This document shows positions 27,420-35,793 of a stretch of 44,954 bases of DNA, piece after piece (the first letter of the stretch is position 1; each line of letters opens with the position of its first letter). This DNA comes from Stellaceae bacterium (GTDB taxonomy: Bacteria > Pseudomonadota > Alphaproteobacteria > ATCC43930 > CGMCC-115725), in the NCBI GenBank assembly GCA_035319545.1, contig DATHCK010000193.1, forward strand, positions 1 through 44,954, written 5' to 3'. The notes beneath the pieces are model-generated. The model was not told the origin of the DNA, did no database searches, and worked only from the letters and a program-made list of their open reading frames with translations. The position numbers and the translations under genes were made by a program.

Positions 27420-27526
27420 CTTCACCTTTCTCCATGGTTTGACGACGTCATATGTCGCGTGAGGGATACAGCTTAGACAGTTTTTTACCTGTCGTTGGTT
27501 CGGATCAGAAAAATTTTCGTGATGGG

Positions 27527-27796
27527 TTAGCGGTGATGCCCGCCGGCGTGGCCAGCGCCGCCATGGTAGCCGCCGTGCCATCCCCCGCCGCGCCAGCCGC
27601 GACCGTAATAAAAGCCGAAGCCCGGCACAATGATGGGATCGGAGTAATAGCCCAGCGGCGCACAGCCATAACCCTCGATGTAATAGTAACCGTCCGGGCA
27701 CCAATATTGCGCGCTCGCGGGCGATGTTACGACCGCGGTGGCTGTTAACCCCAACACGGTCGCGAGAAACGCGGCCTTAGTCAAACGTTTCGCCAT
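27527..27796 (-). CDS. Small secreted Gly/Tyr/His-rich protein (89 aa)
   Basis: Signal peptide MAKRLTKAAFLATVLGLTATAVVTSPASA. The mature part is QYWCPDGYYYIEGYGCAPLGYY...GRGWRGGGWHGGYHGGAGHAGGHHR. SD GGAGG lies upstream. Confidence 0.65.
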   Translation of the reverse strand: MAKRLTKAAFLATVLGLTATAVVTSPASAQYWCPDGYYYIEGYGCAPLGYYSDPIIVPGFGFYYGRGWRGGGWHGGYHGGAGHAGGHHR

Positions 27797-27865
27797 TTTG
27801 ACCTCCGAGAGAATGGCTGCGGCCAGCGGCCTATCTGGTTGATAGAAAGGACAGCGGCGCCCGCA

Positions 27866-28390
27866 TCACTGGCTGCGGCGCAGCCAGATCGGCTTTCGCC
27901 GCTGACGGAATTGCTCGAAATACCTGTCCGCGGCAGCCTTCTGCTGGTCGGACAGGCTCTGGTAGAGCGCGTCGAACGGAGCAATCAGCCGGCTTGTCGC
28001 CTCGGCATGGGCGGCGGTCAGTTGGGCATACCAGCGCAGCCGCGCCGGGGCGGTGAAGTCGGTGACGGGCACCCGTTGCAAAAACAGCGCGTGAATGGCG
28101 TGCGCGTTGGCGCGCATCGCATCCGCATAAGCATCGAACAAAACCTCCTGACCCGGTTGGATATTGAGCTGTCGGTGCAGGGTGGCGATGCGCAGTTCGA
28201 TCTCGTCCGCAAATCGCTCGGGAAGCGGGGCGGCAACAGCCGGTGGTGGCGCCGGCGGCATCGGGGCGGCTGCGGGAGGCGGTGCGGGCATGGGCGCTAC
28301 CGGTGCGACGCAACCGCCGAGCGATACCGCCGCGGCGATCATTGCGCCGGATGCCCAGGCGCTCATCCACGGCCTTACGGAATTCGTCAT
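27866..28390 (-). CDS. Periplasmic LTXXQ-motif (Spy/CpxP/ZraP-like) lipoprotein
   Basis: Lipobox AVSLGGC, a Pro/Ala-rich linker, and helical repeats with LTXXQ-like motifs (LHRQLNIQPGQ, LSDQQK). Strong SD GAGGAGG. Confidence 0.65.
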   Translation of the reverse strand: MTNSVRPWMSAWASGAMIAAAVSLGGCVAPVAPMPAPPPAAAPMPPAPPPAVAAPLPERFADEIELRIATLHRQLNIQPGQEVLFDAYADAMRANAHAIHALFLQRVPVTDFTAPARLRWYAQLTAAHAEATSRLIAPFDALYQSLSDQQKAAADRYFEQFRQRRKPIWLRRSQ

Positions 28391-28626
28391 GGTTCCTCCT
28401 CTCTTGCTGCCTGCGACCGCGCGGGCGCTGGATGAACGCCAGGGGATCAGTGAGGGGAAGGTGGGTGAGGCGGGCTTTGACTGCCTTGATTCAAATCAAT
28501 AAGCCGGGGCGCTCCGGAATGCGTCGCAATCCCGCTTTCGGTTATGCGCCCGAGGTGCTTGGAATTGGCCGGCGCTTGCCCCTAGTCTAGCGTCACGTGG
28601 ACGACAGCCTGTTTCGGGAGGAACTC

Positions 28627-29811
28627 ATGGCGATCAGCAAATTCACCACCGTCTATGCCGGCCATATCGATTTTCCCGATCACGGCCAGGACGCGACCCC
28701 GGCCAACGAGCGCCGCTTTACCAATGACGAGCTGGCGAGCGTGTTCGAGAAGTCGGAGGCGATCGCCAAGACGATGGACCGACTCGGCTACGACATGATG
28801 TGGATGGCCGAGCACCACTTCCAGCACGAAGGTTACGAGTGCATCCCCAACATCCTGATGCTGGCGGTTCACCTTTGCCACGTGACGAAGAACATCAAGA
28901 TCGGCTGCGGCTTCAACATCACGCCGATGTGGCATCCGCTGCGTCTCGCCGAGGATTTCGCGGTCGCCGACATCCTCACCAAGGGCCGCACCGTGTTTGG
29001 GGTCGGGCGCGGCTACCACACCCGCGAGGTCGAGACCTTCGGCGCGCCGATGATGGATGGCGACGCCAATCGCGAGCTGTTCGAGGAACAGGTCGAGATC
29101 GTCATGAAGGCCTTCAACAACGAGAGATTCTCGCACAAGGGCCAGCACTACACGCTGCCGCCGGCGGTGCCCTACCGCGGCTATGATTTGAAGGAGCTGA
29201 GCCTGGTGCCGCGCCCGGTCAACATGCCGGTCGAATGCTGGCAGCCGATTGTCAGCGCCAACCCGCGCGGGCTCGACTTCATGGTTAAGCACGACATCAA
29301 GGGCGCGGTCGGCGGCGGCGCGGCGACAATGCAGGCCGGGCCGATCCAGGGCTACATGGACGCCGCGCACCGCGCCGGCAAAAACTGGAAGCTCGGTGAG
29401 AACCTGACGATCGGCATCCATTTCATGGTCGGCAAGACCAAGGAAGCCGCGTTAAAGGCTCTGAAGCCGCTTTATGAAGAGCATGCCAAGATGTTCGCGC
29501 CGTTGGGTTTTGTGCCCGGCCTCACGCCGGCGCAAGTCGCCGCGGTGGCGAAGCGCGGCGGATGGGACGCGGCCGGTGTGCCGAGCGTCGAGCACTACGT
29601 GAATTTGGGGTCGTGGTTTGCCGGCTCGCCGCAAGATTTGGTCGAGCGGCTCACGAAGATCGAGGAAGACTATCCCGGCATGGAGCTGATGAGCCTGTCG
29701 CCGCCATTGACGACGCCGAAGGAATTGATGCTCGAGCAGTTTCAGATCGTCGCCGAGGAGGTCATGCCGCATTTTCGCGCGAAGCCGGCGATGAAGGACG
29801 CCGCTAAGTGA
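28627..29811 (+). CDS. LLM-class flavin-dependent oxidoreductase, copy 3
   Basis: MAISKFTTVYAGH...DMMWMAEHHFQHEGYE...GRTVFGVGRGY. SD GGGAGGA lies upstream of ATG 28627. Confidence 0.88.
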   Translation: MAISKFTTVYAGHIDFPDHGQDATPANERRFTNDELASVFEKSEAIAKTMDRLGYDMMWMAEHHFQHEGYECIPNILMLAVHLCHVTKNIKIGCGFNITPMWHPLRLAEDFAVADILTKGRTVFGVGRGYHTREVETFGAPMMDGDANRELFEEQVEIVMKAFNNERFSHKGQHYTLPPAVPYRGYDLKELSLVPRPVNMPVECWQPIVSANPRGLDFMVKHDIKGAVGGGAATMQAGPIQGYMDAAHRAGKNWKLGENLTIGIHFMVGKTKEAALKALKPLYEEHAKMFAPLGFVPGLTPAQVAAVAKRGGWDAAGVPSVEHYVNLGSWFAGSPQDLVERLTKIEEDYPGMELMSLSPPLTTPKELMLEQFQIVAEEVMPHFRAKPAMKDAAK

Positions 29812-29850
29812 CCCTGGCTGCTGGTGGCGCTGATCGACGGCTTGCACGGC

Positions 29851-30423
29851 TTATGAGGTAAGTTTGCGGGCGTGCAGCGCCATCGCGATCAGCGAGGTGC
29901 CGCCGAACACGAGATCGATGCCGACCAACAGGCCGAGCGCCCATTCGAGCGTCCCCGGCAGTCCGGAGATGATGATCCCGGCGAGAATCAGATCGATCAC
30001 CCCGCCGAGCATCATCAACTCCCAGCGGCCCGATAGCTCGCGCCGGTGCTCGAACGCCATCACGATGATGAGGACGCCGTCGATCAGGAAGAACGCGATC
30101 AGCACATAGGTCAGCGTCGCGACCCCATGAGCCGGATTGGCCAGCAAGACGCCGCCGGCCAGCACCGCGATCGCCGCCGAGAGCAAGGCCCACCAGAACC
30201 CGGGCGCGTTCCTCTGGTTGAAAGTGGCGACGAGGCCGACCGCCCCGCCGATCAGGAACAGCCAGCCGACCACGACCGCCACCGCGAGCCCGGCGAGCGG
30301 GGGCACCGCGATCGCGGCGATGCCAAGGATCGTCAGCACGATCCCCTCGATCAGGAAGGCGCGCCAGTGCTCGTGCAGCGATTTCCTGAAGGCGGCGCCG
30401 ACATCCTGCGGGTTCAGCGACAT
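29851..30423 (-). CDS. HdeD-family (DUF308) membrane protein, copy 1
   Basis: Six predicted TM helices with the HdeD-type repeat pattern (FLIEGIVLTILGIAAI..., GWLFLIGG, FFLIDGVLIIVMAFEHR). Confidence 0.8.
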   Translation of the reverse strand: MSLNPQDVGAAFRKSLHEHWRAFLIEGIVLTILGIAAIAVPPLAGLAVAVVVGWLFLIGGAVGLVATFNQRNAPGFWWALLSAAIAVLAGGVLLANPAHGVATLTYVLIAFFLIDGVLIIVMAFEHRRELSGRWELMMLGGVIDLILAGIIISGLPGTLEWALGLLVGIDLVFGGTSLIAMALHARKLTS

Positions 30424-30553
30424 GGCCTATCTCCTGTTATGAAGCGGCGGGGGGAGAACACATCGAGCCGCGCAGAAAAAGCTGCGAGAGAGGCACCACT
30501 ATACCTGATGGGCGGATCGTCCTGTCTCCGCGTCTCGCAAATATAGCGGGAAT

Positions 30554-31114
30554 TCAGCCCTGCCGCGCCGCGATCGCCATTGCGATCAGCCCGATTCCGC
30601 CCACCAGCAGGTCGAAGCCGACGAGCACGCTGGGGGCCCAGGTGAAACTGTGGGGCATTCCCGCGATAAACGCGCCGCCCAGACAGAAATCGAGGACGCC
30701 GCCCGCGAATATCCACGTCCAACGCGGTGACGATTCTCGTCTGTGTTCGATGGCGAGGGCCAGCATCAAGGCCCCGTCGATCAAGAAAAACAAAATCAGC
30801 AGCAGCGACAGACCGATCACCCCGGCTGCCGGGTCCCAGACCAGCGCCGCCCCGGTGATGAGCGCGAGCGCGGACGACGGCAGTGACCATTTGAACCCGG
30901 GCGCGTGCGGCGTCGCCAATGTTGCGACCAGCCCGACCGCGCCGCCGCCCAAAAACAGCCAGCCAAGGTCGCGCGTCGCCGCCGGTCCCGCGACACTTGG
31001 GAGCGATATGGCAATGACGCCCAGGACGACCAGCACAGCTCCTTCGGCCAGATAGAAAAAGCGATAGCCGCGACCCATGCGGGCGCCGAAAATGTCGATA
31101 CTCTGACGCAACAT
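30554..31114 (-). CDS. HdeD-family (DUF308) membrane protein, copy 2
   Basis: Paralog of the adjacent gene (GWLFLGGG, FFLIDGALMLALAIEHR, GFDLLVGGIGLIAMA). Confidence 0.8.
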   Translation of the reverse strand: MLRQSIDIFGARMGRGYRFFYLAEGAVLVVLGVIAISLPSVAGPAATRDLGWLFLGGGAVGLVATLATPHAPGFKWSLPSSALALITGAALVWDPAAGVIGLSLLLILFFLIDGALMLALAIEHRRESSPRWTWIFAGGVLDFCLGGAFIAGMPHSFTWAPSVLVGFDLLVGGIGLIAMAIAARQG

Positions 31115-31192
31115 CGTGGTTTTGCTCCGCGAACCCCGCCCACTTGTCGCATGGGAGCGGGCGCCCGGTCATGATCTGAATCAAGGCAACAG

Positions 31193-31220
31193 AAAACCCC
31201 TCCCGGTCGGGGAGGGGTTT
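31193..31220 (-). terminator. Rho-independent terminator downstream of the amidohydrolase gene
   Basis: The minus strand reads AAACCCCTCCC-CGACC-GGGAGGGGTTTTCTGTT: a perfect GC-rich stem followed by a T-tract, 16 nt after the stop at 31236. Confidence 0.7.
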
Positions 31221-31235
31221 CTGCCGCTCGATCAC

Positions 31236-32939
31236 TTAGCGGTGGTTCGCCTGATAGCGCGAGTTGCGCAGCACGTGGCCCGGCAGATTGCCGGTGTGGT
31301 TGCCTTCCCTCATCAGCATCTTGCCGTTGACGAAGGTGGCGTAGATGCCCGCCGCGGGCTCCTTGAAGCGCCATCCGCCCGCCGGGAAGTCGTGCACGAT
31401 GAACTCGGGCAGCGGCTTCACGGTGACGGGGTCGAAGACGGTGATGTCGGCGGTCATCCCCGGCCGCAGCAGGCCGCGATCATAGAGGCCGAAGGTCGAG
31501 GCGCTGTCGAAAGTGAGGCGCCTGACGGCGTTTTCGAGCGTCATGACCTGCTTCTCGCGCACCCATTCGCCCAAGAGCCGGGTCGAAAACCCGTAGCCGC
31601 CGTGGAACTGGACATGCGCGCCGCCGTCCGAGAGGCCGATCAGCGCGTTCGGGTAATTGAGGATTTCCCGCATCGCGTCGACATCGATGTTGTTCTCGGC
31701 CTGCATGAATACAGTCTCGAGCTTTTCCTCGACGACGAGGTCGAGGAACGCGTCGATGATGCCCTTGTTCTGCTTCTTCGCGAGCTGCTCGAGGGTGAGG
31801 CCCTTGAGCGCGGCGTTCTTCTCAAGCTTGGGTTCCTCGACCCAGATGTATTTGTACCACTCGCGCGAGATCGTGTTGCCGGGGATCTCGACCTTCCACT
31901 CGATCATCTCTTCGTGGAGTTTCGCGCGCACCGCCGGGTCGGCGTAGGCGCGCAGCTTTTCCTCGTTGGTTGCCAGGAGGATCGGGTGCCAGGTCGGCGC
32001 GCCGCGGAATACCTGGGTGTTCTTCATGTCGAAGACTTGCGTCGTCGTGTTGGGCGAGGCCAGCGGGTAGGCGCGGATGCCCTTGGCCGAGGTCTCGTCG
32101 ACCCGGTCCATGTGCTTGCGCCACTCGCCCGGCCGGCGCACCGACTGGCCGAGATTGTTGTAGACGACCGGGCGGCCGGTGGCCTCGGAGAGGCGCGCCA
32201 TCAGCCCGTCCTTCATCTCGGCGTCGCGGCCGCCGCCCGACTGGATGATGCCGGTGCCCATCTCGCGCAGCACGTCCGCGAGCGCGAAAATCTCCTTCTC
32301 GTCCGCCCATAGCGCCGGGATGTGGAGGCCCTGCGGGTCGTAATGGCCGCGGTTGCGCGACACGCTGAGGCCGAGCGCGCCGCCCTCCATGCCGTCGCGC
32401 ACGACGGCCTGCATTTCCTGGAGCTCGGCATCGGTCGCCGCGCGCGTCTGGCAGGCGTCGCCCATCACGTAATAGCGCACCGCAGTGTGGCCGATCAGGG
32501 TGCCGACATTGACGCCGAGGTTCTTGTCGAGCTTGTCCATGTATTGCGGGAAGGTCTCCCAATCGACCTCGATGGTGTTGAGCACCTCCATCGGGATCGC
32601 CTCGACATAGGAAAGGAACTCGGCCATGCGCGTGGCCTTGCCCTTTTTCACCGGGGCGAGGCTGAGCGAGCAGTTGCCGATGACAACGCTGGTCGCTCCA
32701 TGGTCGCACGAGAACGAGCACATCGGGTCCCAGGTGACCTGGGCGTCGTAATGGCAGTGATTGTCGATAAAGCCTGGCGCGATGACCTGGCCGCCAACAT
32801 CGACCACCTGGTCGGCCGCGCCCGACAGCTTGCCGATCTCGGCGATCTTGCCGTCCTTCACCGCGACATCGCCCTGGAACGCCGGCATTCCCGAGCCGTC
32901 GATCACCTTGCCATTCTTGATGAGGACGTCATACGCCAT
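31236..32939 (-). CDS. Amidohydrolase, N-acyl-D-amino-acid deacylase (D-aminoacylase) family
   Basis: MAYDVLIKNGKVIDGSG...VIAPGFIDNHCHYD metal-binding motif. Length and layout are typical of D-aminoacylase-type amidohydrolases. Confidence 0.8.
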   Translation of the reverse strand: MAYDVLIKNGKVIDGSGMPAFQGDVAVKDGKIAEIGKLSGAADQVVDVGGQVIAPGFIDNHCHYDAQVTWDPMCSFSCDHGATSVVIGNCSLSLAPVKKGKATRMAEFLSYVEAIPMEVLNTIEVDWETFPQYMDKLDKNLGVNVGTLIGHTAVRYYVMGDACQTRAATDAELQEMQAVVRDGMEGGALGLSVSRNRGHYDPQGLHIPALWADEKEIFALADVLREMGTGIIQSGGGRDAEMKDGLMARLSEATGRPVVYNNLGQSVRRPGEWRKHMDRVDETSAKGIRAYPLASPNTTTQVFDMKNTQVFRGAPTWHPILLATNEEKLRAYADPAVRAKLHEEMIEWKVEIPGNTISREWYKYIWVEEPKLEKNAALKGLTLEQLAKKQNKGIIDAFLDLVVEEKLETVFMQAENNIDVDAMREILNYPNALIGLSDGGAHVQFHGGYGFSTRLLGEWVREKQVMTLENAVRRLTFDSASTFGLYDRGLLRPGMTADITVFDPVTVKPLPEFIVHDFPAGGWRFKEPAAGIYATFVNGKMLMREGNHTGNLPGHVLRNSRYQANHR

Positions 32940-33079
32940 GGAATTTCCTCCTGCGGGCAGTGCGGTTCAACCGGTTGTTGGGAAAAACTATAGCACGTGC
33001 TGCAAGCGGCGAACGCGTTATCTCGGCATGATGCAGCCGCCTGTCATGCGCGGGAGCGGACGCTGGCTTCGGCCGGACG

Positions 33080-34402
33080 CTAGGCCCCGAACGCCTGGGT
33101 GAGCGACAAATAGAGGCCGAACAGGAAGCCCGCGACGGTGGGGAGCACCGCGGCGGAGCCGGCTTCTTCGATTGCCTCGGGGATCATCGCGTGGGCGACG
33201 AGCGCCAACACCGCGCCGCCGGCGATCGCTTCGCAGAGCAGCGCGGGCAGCGCTTCGGAACTGGCCAAGAAGGCCTTACCGGCCGCGGCGGCGATGAAAC
33301 CGGCGACGAGCACGGTCGACCACAGGCCGAAAATCGTGCGCGAGTTGTAGCCTGCCTTGCGCAGCATCGCCGCGCTCGCCGCCGCCTCGGGGATGCCGCC
33401 GATAAACATGCCCAGCGCCAGGCTCAACGAGATCGTTTCGAAGCTGACGAATTTCGCGCCAATCACCAGACAGCCGGGGATCGTATCGAGGATGTTGCCG
33501 AAGACGATGGCCAATCCGGCGCCAGATCCGGTCTCCTTGAGCAGCTGATCGCTTTCCTTGCGGGTGATCCGGTCGAGACCGGCGGTCGCGAGCCCGGCCC
33601 AGGTCGCCGATTGCGGGCCGCCGGCGCTGAGATTGCTCAATGCGCGGGCGTGACTGAGGCGCTCGACGGCATTCGCCAGTTGCGGGTCGAATTTGATCAG
33701 GTGATCGAAGTCGCGCTTGTCGATCGCCAACAGCTCGCTGTCGGCCGCGGCGCGCGCCGCGGCGGTGCGCTCGCCGCCATGCAGCAGCGCCATCTCACCG
33801 AAGGCCTGGCCCGGGTCGAGACGGGCAAGCGAATGCCCGTCTTCCGCGGCAAGGATCTCGATTTCGCCGCGCGCGATGATGTAGAGCGCGTCGGCGGCGT
33901 CGCCGGCATGAAACAGGGTCGTGCCGGCGCTCACATCTTTCACCCGGATGAGCGGCAATAACTGATGCATGTCCTCCGGGGGCAAATGCCGCAGCAGGTC
34001 GCAGCGCGACAGCAGTTGGATCAGCTCCTCGTTGTCCGCGCGCTTACGCTGCTCGGCGAATTCGCGAAAGCGCGCCGGGTAGCGGATCGCCGCCCCCTTG
34101 GCTTCGAGGTAGAGCGCCGTTCGGTAATAGATCAGCGCGCCGATCGCGAACCCGCCGCCGACGAACCCCCAGGCGGCATGAGTGCCGAACCCTTGGTTGT
34201 GGAGCGTTTCGGCGCTTTCGAAGGCCAGTTCGATGGCGAGCGCGCTAATGAGTGCGCCAGCGGCGAAACCGAGCACGCAGGCAAGGCCGCGCTCGGAAAG
34301 GCGGCTGTAAAGGCCAAGCGCCGCCCCGATCAGCGACGACGACGTCGTCGCCAATCCTAGAAGGGCGGCCGCGAGCAATGGAAAAAGGCCGAGCCCGGGC
34401 AT
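33080..34402 (-). CDS. ZIP-family (ZupT-like) membrane transporter with a cyclic-nucleotide-binding domain inserted in the central cytoplasmic loop
   Basis: N-terminal ZIP-like TM1-3 (LLGLATTSSSLIGAALG...LGFAAGALISALAIEL). The cNMP-binding cassette is GQAFGEMALLHGGERTAAARA. The C-terminal ZIP-like TMs have IPG/IPE motifs and ...HAMIPEAIEE. Confidence 0.75.
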   Translation of the reverse strand: MPGLGLFPLLAAALLGLATTSSSLIGAALGLYSRLSERGLACVLGFAAGALISALAIELAFESAETLHNQGFGTHAAWGFVGGGFAIGALIYYRTALYLEAKGAAIRYPARFREFAEQRKRADNEELIQLLSRCDLLRHLPPEDMHQLLPLIRVKDVSAGTTLFHAGDAADALYIIARGEIEILAAEDGHSLARLDPGQAFGEMALLHGGERTAAARAAADSELLAIDKRDFDHLIKFDPQLANAVERLSHARALSNLSAGGPQSATWAGLATAGLDRITRKESDQLLKETGSGAGLAIVFGNILDTIPGCLVIGAKFVSFETISLSLALGMFIGGIPEAAASAAMLRKAGYNSRTIFGLWSTVLVAGFIAAAAGKAFLASSEALPALLCEAIAGGAVLALVAHAMIPEAIEEAGSAAVLPTVAGFLFGLYLSLTQAFGA

Positions 34403-34425
34403 CGTTTCGCGCGGATTTTAGCCAT

Positions 34426-34444
34426 CGCGATATATAAATTCGCG
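34426..34444. promoter_or_regulatory. AT-rich core flanked by a short inverted repeat (CGCGA-TATATAAAT-TCGCG) upstream of the ZIP/cNMP gene
   Basis: Read directly. It lies 24-42 nt upstream of ATG 34402 and could be a -10 region or an operator. Confidence 0.3.
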
Positions 34445-34478
34445 GTGGTTCGGCGATGATTTTGTTGCCGTTTCGCGC

Positions 34479-34724
34479 TCAGCGGTTCCGCGTATCGACG
34501 ACCAGCTCGCTGACAGCCGCGCCGAGCGGATGCCGCCGTTCGGCGCAGCGCAGCATCTTGAGCGCGGTCGATTTCGCGACCGGCGTTCCCGCACGCAATT
34601 TGCCCAGCACCTTCGGGTCGGTGTGCAGCGCGCGCGCTGCCTCGACGTCGCTCGCATAGTGGTCGGCGACAAGTTTCTGCCATTGCGGGCAGATGAACCA
34701 TGCACGTTTCTTCTTCGCACTCAT
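34479..34724 (-). CDS. Hypothetical small protein (81 aa)
   Basis: MSAKKKRAWFICPQWQKLVADHYASDVEAARALHTDPKVLGKLRAGTPVAKSTALKMLR... has GC-rich third positions. A possible HTH-like segment is present. No family recognised. Confidence 0.45.
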   Translation of the reverse strand: MSAKKKRAWFICPQWQKLVADHYASDVEAARALHTDPKVLGKLRAGTPVAKSTALKMLRCAERRHPLGAAVSELVVDTRNR

Positions 34725-34759
34725 AACGCACCTGATGAATTTGCTGCGGGAGTGAGGCT

Positions 34760-34984
34760 TTACGCCGCGCGCTTTGGGGTTGGCGGCGCATTGCCCGGGT
34801 CCTCCCCGACGATACGCGCGGAGAAGCCCCAGTCCCGCAGACATTCGACCGCGATCTCAGCTTCGTCACGTGGGATGCGTCGCACCCATGTGCCGCTGGT
34901 GATGTTGCGGACGACCCGCAGTCCCAACGACTCGGCGGCTGCCTGAGCATTGGCCGGAAGCGCGATGTCGACGAGACCAGTCAT
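34760..34984 (-). CDS. Hypothetical small protein (74 aa)
   Basis: MTGLVDIALPANAQAAAESLGLRVVRNITSGTWVRRIPRDEAEIAVECLRDWGFSARIVGED... SD GGGGAG lies 5 nt upstream of ATG 34984. Confidence 0.45.
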   Translation of the reverse strand: MTGLVDIALPANAQAAAESLGLRVVRNITSGTWVRRIPRDEAEIAVECLRDWGFSARIVGEDPGNAPPTPKRAA

Positions 34985-35279
34985 GGATCTCCCCGTGTTT
35001 GAACGATCGTCGAAAGGGCACGGCGGCCGACCGCGCAAGAACCCAGCTTCGGTTTCTTTGCGTTGATGCTGCCGTGCGCGGGAATTTCGGGGTGCCGGCA
35101 TATGGTTTCCATATAAATCGGCGCGGAGGACGCCGAATTCGGTGCGGTTCACGTGGCGGCTATGCCCGCCTATCTCGCCACTATTTCCTAGCCTACTGAT
35201 CCCACTGGAAATTTTACGGCCGGGTCGCCTCTTGTTACTTCGGCGCGACAAATCCCTGCGCTCGAACGGAGTTTATGCT

Positions 35280-35492
35280 GTGACCGCGGCCATCATTCGC
35301 TCATTCGAACCCGACCGGGGCATCGTCCGTGTGCTTTTGGCGAAGACGCTGACCGAGGCTTCGCTGCGGGTGTGCGGCAGCGACAAATCAGTGATCGCCC
35401 GCTTGCCGCCCGGAGAGCCGATTGAATTCGAGTTGGTGCGCGACCGCCGGGGCTGCGACTGCGCGATCGATGTCGTGCCGATCTGCCGCTAG
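35280..35492 (+). CDS. Small cold-shock-domain-like protein with degenerate RNP motifs (70 aa, GTG start)
   Basis: VTAAIIRSFEPDRGIVRVLL...LPPGEPIEFELVRDRRG aligns by eye to the Csp pattern G-x-V-K-W-F-N-x-x-K-G-F-G-F-I ... L-x-E-G-Q-x-V-x-F. GGAG lies 8 nt upstream of GTG 35280. Confidence 0.4.
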   Translation: MTAAIIRSFEPDRGIVRVLLAKTLTEASLRVCGSDKSVIARLPPGEPIEFELVRDRRGCDCAIDVVPICR

Positions 35493-35577
35493 GAGCGGCG
35501 GGTCCGGCCGCTTCGCGGCGGCGTTCGGCCCGGTTTCGCGACAGCGTCTGCGCATCTTCCTGGTGAAGCTCGCCGCC

Positions 35578-35793
35578 ATGATCCTCTTCGCGGCGATGTT
35601 CGCCGTTTTCCGGGGCCGGTCGCCCCTCGGCATGCTCGCGGTCTTCTGCGGCTGGCAGGCGCTGCTTTCGGCTGTCACGGCATTGCTGCAGGGACGTCGC
35701 CTCAACGCCGGCCGCCTTAGCGCCTGGGACGAGATGGCCGCCTTTGTCGGCATCTCGGCGTTGGCGCGTTTCGCCAGACTGTTCATCGGATAA
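35578..35793 (+). CDS. Possible small membrane protein (about 71 aa)
   Basis: Hydrophobic segments (MILFAAMFAVF, MLAVFCGWQALLSAVTALL, MAAFVGISALA) suggest a membrane protein. The start is uncertain. Confidence 0.3.
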   Translation: MILFAAMFAVFRGRSPLGMLAVFCGWQALLSAVTALLQGRRLNAGRLSAWDEMAAFVGISALARFARLFIG

